A program made the translations under genes and the position numbers. Shown here one piece after another: positions 9,440 through 16,928 of a stretch of DNA of 64,000 bases (the first letter of the stretch is position 1; every line of letters starts with the position of its first letter). Below the pieces are notes generated by a model. The model was not told the origin of the DNA and did not search any database. It saw only the letters and a program-made list of their open reading frames with translations. Source of the stretch: Fibrobacter succinogenes (GTDB taxonomy: Bacteria; Fibrobacterota; Fibrobacteria; Fibrobacterales; Fibrobacteraceae); NCBI GenBank assembly GCA_902800815.1, contig CADCGB010000017.1:46520-110519 (forward strand). Reading direction: 5' to 3'.

Positions 9440-9870
9440 TACTCCTTGACCTTGAAGGTCCCGGAATTAGCACCCTTCTTCGTGTTTTCGTAGGGAATCA
9501 CACGAATGATGGCGGTCGAAGTCGCCTCGACAACGTCTTCCGATAGAGTGACTTCCTGCTCATAGCAGGTCTTGCCATCCGGCTTTTCCGGACCGGCAGA
9601 TTCTTCAAGCAAATCTATCCCCATATCATTTTCGGATTTCTTGAACACAAAGCGGAAACCGGAGCCCTGCACGTCGGAACCGTACACGACGGTAATCTTG
9701 TCGCCGATCTTGAATTCATCACCCGCCTTCGGGGAAACAACCTTCACGCCGTCAGTAACGGAGCAGTCCGCAGCGTCCGAATTGCTCGGACCGGTAGAAG
9801 ACTCGTCGTCATCACCGCAGGCAAGGAACGCGAGCGAACTTGCAAGAATCAAAGCATGGGAAAACTTCAT
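9439..9870 (-). CDS. Small lipoprotein (Ig-like fold possible)
   Basis: Lipobox FLAC followed by GDDD; its stop codon overlaps the start codon of the downstream gene. Confidence 0.8.
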   Translation of the reverse strand: MKFSHALILASSLAFLACGDDDESSTGPSNSDAADCSVTDGVKVVSPKAGDEFKIGDKITVVYGSDVQGSGFRFVFKKSENDMGIDLLEESAGPEKPDGKTCYEQEVTLSEDVVEATSTAIIRVIPYENTKKGANSGTFKVKE

Positions 9871-9914
9871 AAAAGCCTCACTTTATTTGTTATGTCAACA
9901 ATATACAAAAACGG

Positions 9915-10460
9915 CTAGCGCGCCACGACCTGCTTGCGGATTTTCTCAGACAATTCTCGGCCACCCAGCTGCGCGATGCACTCGAACGCGAATTCCTCGG
10001 CAGTTCCGGCCCCGCGGCTCGTGACGATATTGCCGTCCACCACCACGCGGTCTTCCACAAACTTGTTGCAGACCAGTTCCTCCACGCAGCCCGGGAAGCA
10101 TGTCGCCGTCCTATCCACAAGGAGCCCGGCCTTGCTCAACACGAGCGGGGCCGCGCAGATGGCGAAAATCCACTTGTTCTGGTCGTTGAAGTCACAAACG
10201 ACACGTTCCACGTCGGCAGATGCCTTGAGGCGCTGCACGCCCGGACCGCCTCCCGGCAAGAGCACTGCATCGAACTTGGCAGTATCAGCACCCGAAAGCG
10301 CAAAATCCGCGGCAATCTTGAGCCCGTGGGCACCCGTCACAGACGAATCGCCCGAAACGCTCGCCAGCGCCACCTCGAAACCCGCGCGCTGCAGGTAGTC
10401 GAACGGGGTGACGAACTCGGTTTCTTCAAAGCCATCGGCCATAAGGAAAAGTATCTGCAT
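9915..10460 (-). CDS. DJ-1/PfpI/YajL family protein
   Basis: ADGFEETE, LLPGGGPG, AICAAP, TSRGAGTA. Confidence 0.92.
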   Translation of the reverse strand: MQILFLMADGFEETEFVTPFDYLQRAGFEVALASVSGDSSVTGAHGLKIAADFALSGADTAKFDAVLLPGGGPGVQRLKASADVERVVCDFNDQNKWIFAICAAPLVLSKAGLLVDRTATCFPGCVEELVCNKFVEDRVVVDGNIVTSRGAGTAEEFAFECIAQLGGRELSEKIRKQVVAR

Positions 10461-10510
10461 ATTGAACCTCTTTTTTTGAAGAATATAATAATTTTACTAA
10501 ATTTGTGCCC

Positions 10511-11389
10511 ATGAATTTCAAGGACCGCATTATCCGCGCCACGGGCCAAAAAACGCCCTTCCGCCTGATTGTCGTCGACTTGACCGCGACGATGAACGAA
10601 ATCGGCAAGCAGCACAACGCACAGGGGTTCGCCCTCAAGCTCTTGGCCGAGAACTCCATCGCAAGCATTTTCCTGAGTGCAAGCCTCAAGTACGCGGGCA
10701 CCGTCTCACTGACCACGCGCTTCGGTGGCGAAATCACGAAGGTTTCCTCCGACACGACGCCGATGGGCCTCGTGCGCGCGATGATCCCACAGGCCGAACT
10801 CCAGGCCGTGGGCGGTAACGAGCCCGCTCTCATCCCGCAGAGTGTGCAGGTCGTCAAACTCAACGAACAGGGAAAGCGCGTCCACGAGAGCATCATCGAG
10901 GCCCCCGCCATTTCGATGGGCCAGAACCTCGCCACCTACCTGCTGCAGTCCGAACAGATTCGCTCCGCCGTGGGCATCGAGGCCGCATTCAACCGCGAAG
11001 ACCCGAGCAAGCTCGACTACGCCGCCGGCTTCTACATCGAGGCGTTCCCCGACCTCGAGGACAAGGACATCAACCTGATCGAAGTCATCGTGCAGAACCT
11101 GCCGAAGTTCAAGGACATGAACACGCCCGAGGGCTTCAACCTGGACGAGTTGCTGGACCAGCTTCGCGGGCCGTACGAAATCGACATCGTCAAAGAAATC
11201 GACCCGAAGGCCTACTGCCCCTGCAGCCGCGAACGCACGGTGGCGACGCTCGCCACGCTCCCGCTCAAGGACCTGCAGGAACTCGAAGCCGAAGGCAAGA
11301 ACCTCGAAGTCATCTGCGACTTCTGCCGCACGCCGTACCAGATTACGGTAGAGGATTTGCGCGCCATCATCAACGAAAGAAAGAAATAG
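10511..11389 (+). CDS. hslO: Hsp33 redox-regulated chaperone
   Basis: YLLQSEQIRSAV, AAGFYIEAFP, C-terminal CPCS...CDFC zinc motif. Confidence 0.88.
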   Translation: MNFKDRIIRATGQKTPFRLIVVDLTATMNEIGKQHNAQGFALKLLAENSIASIFLSASLKYAGTVSLTTRFGGEITKVSSDTTPMGLVRAMIPQAELQAVGGNEPALIPQSVQVVKLNEQGKRVHESIIEAPAISMGQNLATYLLQSEQIRSAVGIEAAFNREDPSKLDYAAGFYIEAFPDLEDKDINLIEVIVQNLPKFKDMNTPEGFNLDELLDQLRGPYEIDIVKEIDPKAYCPCSRERTVATLATLPLKDLQELEAEGKNLEVICDFCRTPYQITVEDLRAIINERKK

Positions 11390-11393
11390 CCCT

Positions 11394-12011
11394 ATGTTTA
11401 CGAAGCAATGTGTCGTTACCCTGGACCTTGAAGGTGTCCTCGCCCCCGAAATTTGGATTGCCGTCGCCGAAAAGACGGGTATCGCGGACCTGCGACTCAC
11501 CACGCGCGACATCCCCGACTACGACGTGCTCATGAAGGGCCGCATCGCCATCCTCGACCGCGAGAACATCAAGCTTTCGGACATCCAGAACGTCATCGCG
11601 AACCTGGGCCTGCTCGACGGCGCACGCGACTTCATGGATAAACTCCGCGACGAAGCACAGGTGATTATCCTTTCGGACACGTTCCAGGAATTCGCCTACC
11701 CCATCATGAAGAACCTCGGATTCCCGACCATCTTCTGCCACAACCTTATCGTGGAAAACGACCGCATCAGGGGCTACCGCCTGCGCATGAGCGACCAGAA
11801 GACGCAGGTCGTGAAGCACCTGCAGGCGCTGAACTTCAAGGTGTTCGCGAGCGGAGATTCCTTCAACGACACGGGCATGCTCAAGCAGGCAGACAAGGGC
11901 TGCTTCTTCTGCGCGCCGGACTCCATCGTGGCACAGTTCCCGCAGCTCGAGGCCACAAAGACTTACGCGGAACTCCTCGAGAAGTTCCACCAGTTCCAGG
12001 CTACTTTATAA
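11394..12011 (+). CDS. thrH: Phosphoserine phosphatase / homoserine phosphotransferase ThrH (HAD)
   Basis: TLDLEGVLAPEIW, LTTRDIPDYDVLM, ASGDSFNDTGML. Confidence 0.92.
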   Translation: MFTKQCVVTLDLEGVLAPEIWIAVAEKTGIADLRLTTRDIPDYDVLMKGRIAILDRENIKLSDIQNVIANLGLLDGARDFMDKLRDEAQVIILSDTFQEFAYPIMKNLGFPTIFCHNLIVENDRIRGYRLRMSDQKTQVVKHLQALNFKVFASGDSFNDTGMLKQADKGCFFCAPDSIVAQFPQLEATKTYAELLEKFHQFQATL

Positions 12012-12017
12012 GACAAG

Positions 12018-12067
12018 GGAGGGCGAAGCCCTCCAAACAAAAACGGGGCCCGCGTTCACGGGTCCCG
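12018..12067. terminator. Two GC-rich hairpins between convergent genes
   Basis: ggagggc-gaa-gccctcc (12018-12034) and cggggcccg-cgttca-cgggtcccg (12044-12067). Confidence 0.6.
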
Positions 12068-12094
12068 CTCTGGAGTTAACCAGGAGTTAGGAAA

Positions 12095-13714
12095 TTACTT
12101 GAGGGTCGGCGTATCCCAGTCAATCCATTCAGACTTGCTCCACTTGATCTGTTCAGTGTTCTTGGTGTAGTCAATCTTACCGGTCTTTGCTTCGCCACCC
12201 AGCAGGAACTTGGTCATGAAGTCCTTGACCTCGTCAAACTGTCCGTTCGGGAGCGAGCAGTGGCTGTGGCCGCCTTCCTGGCTGTAAGTGTAGTTCTCGC
12301 TCACGCCGAGCGCATCGAACACTTCCTTCGAAGCCTGCCCGCAGTAATTGGAGGGCACCTCGCCCAACCATTCCTGGCCTGCGTTGTCAAGGATGAGGAG
12401 CGCACGCGGGGCAATCATGCTCACAAGCATGTGCTGGTCGAACGGGAGGGTGTTTTCCTTGCCGTCATAACCCTTGAAGGAACTGATCATCCACTTGCCT
12501 TCGGAGCCGGCACTGCTCAGGCCCTGCACAAACTGCTTACCCTTCTGCTTGTTGACCTGCGCACCGACGCGCCAGAGAGAAGCGCCACCCGAGCCGGATT
12601 CCTGCGGGATGGTGAGTGCGATACGCTCGTCGAACGCGCCGACAGCGAGCGTGCCCTTGCCCCAGCGGGAGCAACCCGTCATGGCGAGATGATGCACGTC
12701 GATACCCACCTCGGGCATCTTCTCGAGAGCGTCAATAATGCGGCTCACGCCCCAGGCCCACGCGATGATAGTGCCGTACTTGTCCGTATTGCCACCGTAG
12801 ATGTTGAAGAACATGCCACCACCGCTTTCGGGAGCGACGTCATCCGGATTGAACACAATCTTTGCGATATTGAGACCGTTGGTGGAGTTGCCGAGGCTTC
12901 CGCAACCCCCGCCCATCATGCCGCCGCCAAACCCGATGAGGGCCGGTTTCGGCTTGTCCTTGGTACCCGCATCGCTCACCTTCACAGAGAACTTGCCGGT
13001 CTTGCCCTTGTCGGTCACGTTGATGGTGAGCGTCCCACCGGAGTAGGAGCCCTCGACCTTCTCGGGATTGCGCGGCTTCTCGCCGAACATGAGTTTTTCG
13101 TACATCGCGCCGATTTCTTCGCGGCGGCACTTCCACTCCGCTGCCGTAGAAATGCGCTTGCCGTCAAGACCCATGAACGGGTCGGGCAACTTGGAATTGT
13201 TCACGCTCTTCGGAATGTCGCCAATCTGGCATTCGCTGCGGTGGTCTTCCACGAAGTCGTTTGCGGGTGTCGGCGGTACAACCACGACGCTCGAGCTGGA
13301 AACGGGCGGCACATCGACAGAGCTGCTGGAAGTGTGATGACGATGCGAACTGCTCGATGCATCAGGCGAAACCAAATCACTGCTGCTGGATACGCAAGCC
13401 CACGGCGTTTGCGGGCCGCACGCAACCTCTGCTTCGCTACTGCTCGATTCACCCACTTCTACCTCGTGACCCGCTTCAAGCGGATCAGGGCGTTCAACCG
13501 AATACACCGTCAAGGACGAAGAACTGCTCCCCCCCTGTGCAGCAAGGATGGAATCTTCCATGGCCTTGTTTGCGGAGTCCGCGTTGAATTCCCCATATTG
13601 ATCGATGAGGCACTGTTCGGTGACACATGCTGTGGTAGAATTGTTGTCTTCTCCACAAGCCCACAACCCGAAGGCAGCGACTGCCAACGGAAATATATAT
13701 TTCCTTTTATTCAT
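12095..13714 (-). CDS. CE15 glucuronoyl esterase, lipoprotein-anchored
   Basis: AWAWGVSRIIDALE, nucleophile motif GCSRWGKG, QESGSGG, PFDQHML, GGHSHC; lipobox LWAC from ATG 13714. Confidence 0.92.
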   Translation of the reverse strand: MNKRKYIFPLAVAAFGLWACGEDNNSTTACVTEQCLIDQYGEFNADSANKAMEDSILAAQGGSSSSSLTVYSVERPDPLEAGHEVEVGESSSSEAEVACGPQTPWACVSSSSDLVSPDASSSSHRHHTSSSSVDVPPVSSSSVVVVPPTPANDFVEDHRSECQIGDIPKSVNNSKLPDPFMGLDGKRISTAAEWKCRREEIGAMYEKLMFGEKPRNPEKVEGSYSGGTLTINVTDKGKTGKFSVKVSDAGTKDKPKPALIGFGGGMMGGGCGSLGNSTNGLNIAKIVFNPDDVAPESGGGMFFNIYGGNTDKYGTIIAWAWGVSRIIDALEKMPEVGIDVHHLAMTGCSRWGKGTLAVGAFDERIALTIPQESGSGGASLWRVGAQVNKQKGKQFVQGLSSAGSEGKWMISSFKGYDGKENTLPFDQHMLVSMIAPRALLILDNAGQEWLGEVPSNYCGQASKEVFDALGVSENYTYSQEGGHSHCSLPNGQFDEVKDFMTKFLLGGEAKTGKIDYTKNTEQIKWSKSEWIDWDTPTLK

Positions 13715-13928
13715 AACCAACCCCATGTTCAAGGCCGGGAATTCGACCTTTCCGGGTATTTTTAAAGTATAAAAAAGAGGAACTAAAAGTACCGATTTCG
13801 GTAGAAAAACGTTGTTCGCACTTACAACGTTGCCAAAATGTAAATAAACGCCCTTTACAAGCAAAAAAAGACGTTATAAAGCCGAGCGCCAAGTCTCTGA
13901 AAGTTTACGTTGTCGTAAATTAAAACAA

Positions 13929-13978
13929 ATATGTTCATTTTTAACATATAGAACGCTGAGTGTGCTATATAGAACGCT
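13929..13978. promoter_or_regulatory. Candidate operator: 12-bp direct repeat plus an overlapping 7-bp inverted repeat
   Basis: atatagaacgct at 13946-13957 and 13967-13978; atatgtt-N7-aacatat at 13929-13949. Confidence 0.5.
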
Positions 13979-14074
13979 TTTTTCTTTTTTTTCAAAAAAA
14001 ATGTCCATTACCTGCAATTATACCGGTCAGACCAAACAAATAAAAGATATATTTCAATTATGAAAGGAGGAAAC

Positions 14075-15025
14075 ATGCTTTACAAACATTGGAAAAAAAT
14101 TGCTCTTTCGCTGACCGCATTCTTCTGGTCGGCTTGTGAAGACTCCGTATCCGAGGCAGATTGCCTATATGGCCCGCCAGAATACTACGGATTAAGCAGT
14201 CCCAAGGAACCCCAGCCGGAAAGTTCCAGCGAGGCGACCGGTAACGAAACGAGCTCCAGTTCCGAGGCGACCAAGCCCGAAAATTCAAGCAGCAGCGGAT
14301 TCCAACCCATGCCACTGTACGGGGTCTCCAGCGATCTTGTGACCTGCCTCCAGAAAGATGATTCAACGTTTAGATGTGTTGACGGGGCCACCTGTACGAG
14401 AAAGACAGAGTATACCTGGAAATCCCCCTCCTGCCATGAATCCGAACAAGATGGCGAAATCGTATCCATCTGCCCGGATTATGGCATTATGCAAGTTCTT
14501 GAAACCACCTACGAATGTGATGGCAAGGTGTACAACGAAGCCGAATTTCGCGACCGCTATCAAACGATGAGCATCGTGAACCCTCCCGAGCAAGGTTCAT
14601 CTAGTTCCGGCGACGTCACATGCACACCCACGGATTCCAGCGTTGCGTATTTTGCTCAGGATTACAGCGCAGACACCCAGAAGATGTGGAAAGAGGAAGC
14701 GGCCAAGCACGATGCCGTAGCCAAGATAGACTCCATCAAGCAGACCTTGACAGAAACGCCTACGTGCCTTGAAAACCTGCGCATGGAACTCGACATGTTC
14801 ATGGCCCTTTACGGCGCCCCGACCATCATCAATAACGCGGTAGAAACCTGCAGCAATGGAACCACCAGGCCCAGCGAAGAATACGCCAAGTTCCTTAAAA
14901 TGCAGGAAGAGTGGGAAGCGAACAAGTCTGCCCTGGACGAAGAACTCAAGAAGGTCTACGAAGACAAGATGAAGGAAATCGAGGAACGGATCAACAAGTG
15001 TCTTTCCGGCGAAACTGACAAGTAA
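14075..15025 (+). CDS. Cys-rich lipoprotein with five YG motifs (radical SAM-associated lipoprotein 1)
   Basis: GGAGG RBS; MLYKHWKKIALSLTAFFWSAC; motifs CLYGPP, EYYGL, MPLYGV, CPDYGI, MALYGAP. Confidence 0.85.
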   Translation: MLYKHWKKIALSLTAFFWSACEDSVSEADCLYGPPEYYGLSSPKEPQPESSSEATGNETSSSSEATKPENSSSSGFQPMPLYGVSSDLVTCLQKDDSTFRCVDGATCTRKTEYTWKSPSCHESEQDGEIVSICPDYGIMQVLETTYECDGKVYNEAEFRDRYQTMSIVNPPEQGSSSSGDVTCTPTDSSVAYFAQDYSADTQKMWKEEAAKHDAVAKIDSIKQTLTETPTCLENLRMELDMFMALYGAPTIINNAVETCSNGTTRPSEEYAKFLKMQEEWEANKSALDEELKKVYEDKMKEIEERINKCLSGETDK

Positions 15026-15027
15026 TT

Positions 15028-15348
15028 ATGTTCAAGAAACATTGGAAAAAAATCCTATTGAGCCTGTGCGCCATGCTCTGGAGCGGCTGCAGCGACGATT
15101 CGGTACCCCTTTACGGAACCCCGCAGGTCGCTTGTGAATTAGACCACATGTGGAGTGACGAGTGCGGCACCACATCCAATATCGTATGCACGGACACCTA
15201 CTATTGTAAAGACAAAGTTGTCTGCTTCAAGCAATATGAAGGGAAAAACGCGACCTTTGACTGTCGCGATGAACTGGGCAACAAGACAACCTATACCGAA
15301 GACGAATTCAACTCATTATACTATGTTGAAAGCGAACGCATTCACTAA
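15028..15348 (+). CDS. Cys-rich lipoprotein 2 (radical SAM-associated)
   Basis: MFKKHWKKILLSLCAMLWSGC; VPLYGTP seven residues after the lipid Cys; six further Cys. Confidence 0.85.
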   Translation: MFKKHWKKILLSLCAMLWSGCSDDSVPLYGTPQVACELDHMWSDECGTTSNIVCTDTYYCKDKVVCFKQYEGKNATFDCRDELGNKTTYTEDEFNSLYYVESERIH

Positions 15349-15364
15349 CTTTAGACGAGGAAAA

Positions 15365-15727
15365 ATGTTCTACAAGCATTGGAAAAAAATTGCACTGGCT
15401 TTTACCGCCCTGTTCTGGGCCGGATGCGGCGATGATTCGTCAAGCGACAGCAAGGAGCTGGTTGCCTGCGACTTGCAGCAAATGTGTCCCGAATACGGCG
15501 TCGCCGGTTATTCTTGCGATGACGGCTTTTACGGAGACGATAACGGTCAGAACTGTACCTTCATTCCAGCACCAACATGTTCCAGATATTATCAATGCGA
15601 AGACAATGTGACTTGTTGGGCTAATGAAGGTGATACCGTTCTAAATTGCTCCGACAAGCAAGACAAAGATTTTTCAATCAATGAAAATGATTTTAATTCA
15701 AAATATTACGTAAAGGAAAACGAATGA
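15365..15727 (+). CDS. Cys-rich lipoprotein 3 (radical SAM-associated)
   Basis: MFYKHWKKIALAFTALFWAGC from ATG 15365; CPEYGV, GFYGD; eight further Cys; stop overlaps the radical SAM start (ATGA). Confidence 0.85.
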   Translation: MFYKHWKKIALAFTALFWAGCGDDSSSDSKELVACDLQQMCPEYGVAGYSCDDGFYGDDNGQNCTFIPAPTCSRYYQCEDNVTCWANEGDTVLNCSDKQDKDFSINENDFNSKYYVKENE

Positions 15728-16800
15728 AGCTCTCTCTTAAAAAGAAACTCGCTCTCGAAGCTTATCGCCTTTACCGTCACAACGAAATCAAGGCGCACCC
15801 TCTTACCTACTTTTTCTGGGAATGCACGTTGCGCTGCAACCTGCACTGCCTGCACTGCGGTAGCGACTGCGTGAAGGACGCCATTCCGGACATGCCCCGC
15901 GAAGACTTCATGGGCGTGCTAGACAAATTGGCCCCGCATATCGACCCGAAGCACTTTATCGTGGTAATTACCGGCGGCGAGCCGTTGATGCGCGCCGACC
16001 TCGAGGAATGTGGCCAGGAAATCAAGAAGCGCGGCTACCCGTGGGGCATGGTCACGAATGGCCTTGCAATGACGCCCGAACGCTACACCAGGCTGCTGAA
16101 CGCCGGGCTCCGCTCGCTCACCATCAGTCTCGACGGCCTGCAGGAAAGCCACAACCACTTCCGCGGTGACCCGCATAGTTTTGAACGTGCTCTCCGTGCC
16201 ATCGACATGGCAGCCCATACGCAGGGCCTCACCTTCGACGTGATGACGTGCGTGAACCGCCAGAACCTGAAGGAACTCCCGAAAATTCTCGATATGCTCC
16301 TGAAAATCGGCGTGAAGCGCTGGCGCATCGCGACCGTGTTCCCGAAGGGCCGTGCCAAGGACAACCCGCTATTCCAGCTCACGAACCAGGAATTCCGCCA
16401 GGTGTTCGACTTCATCCGCGAAGTGAAGAAGATGAACGTCATCAACGTGAACTACGGCTGCGAAGGGTTTCTCGGGAGCTACGAGAAGGACGCCCGCAAC
16501 TACCCGTTCTTCTGCCGTGCCGGCGTGAACGTGAGTTCCGTGCTCTGCGACGGCAGCATCTCCGCCTGCCCAAGCCTGCGCGGCGACTACATACAAGGTA
16601 ACATCTACAAGGATGACCTGTGGGACGTGTGGCAGCACCGCTACCAGGTGATGCGCGACCGCAACTGGGCAAAAATCGGCGACTGCAAGACCTGCAAGTA
16701 CTGGCGCTACTGCGAAGGCTCCAGTTTGCACCTCAGGGACGAGAAAACGAAGGAACTGGCATATTGCCACGTGCAGCGCCTCGAAGACGCTGGCGCATAA
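15724..16800 (+). CDS. Radical SAM enzyme with SPASM domain (rSAM/lipoprotein system type)
   Basis: FWECTLRCNLHCLHCGSDC (CxxxCxxC), ITGGEPL, FCRAG...DGSISACP, CKTCKYWRYCEG...YC. Confidence 0.93.
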   Translation: MKLSLKKKLALEAYRLYRHNEIKAHPLTYFFWECTLRCNLHCLHCGSDCVKDAIPDMPREDFMGVLDKLAPHIDPKHFIVVITGGEPLMRADLEECGQEIKKRGYPWGMVTNGLAMTPERYTRLLNAGLRSLTISLDGLQESHNHFRGDPHSFERALRAIDMAAHTQGLTFDVMTCVNRQNLKELPKILDMLLKIGVKRWRIATVFPKGRAKDNPLFQLTNQEFRQVFDFIREVKKMNVINVNYGCEGFLGSYEKDARNYPFFCRAGVNVSSVLCDGSISACPSLRGDYIQGNIYKDDLWDVWQHRYQVMRDRNWAKIGDCKTCKYWRYCEGSSLHLRDEKTKELAYCHVQRLEDAGA

Positions 16801-16828
16801 CCCCTAAAATTCCGTTTTTCGTATTATG

Positions 16829-16870
16829 AAAAAAACGCTTGACAAAAAAAGCGTTTTTTCTGCATATTTT
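16829..16870. promoter_or_regulatory. Hairpin containing TTGACA; probable terminator of the rSAM operon and/or relA promoter
   Basis: aaaaaacgctt...aagcgtttttt inverted repeat with TTGACA at 16839-16844. Confidence 0.45.
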
Positions 16871-16928
16871 TCGCATATTTTCGCGAAAAACGCCCAATTT
16901 GCCTACGAGAAATAATAAATTATAATCG

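Noticed and set aside
13715-13864. Upstream extensions of ORF-track starts (CE15 13864, hisS 35452, nuoD 21044, gap 60970, GH5 57857)
   Set aside because: Downstream ATGs have better RBS, signal-peptide or overlap context; coordinates were adjusted
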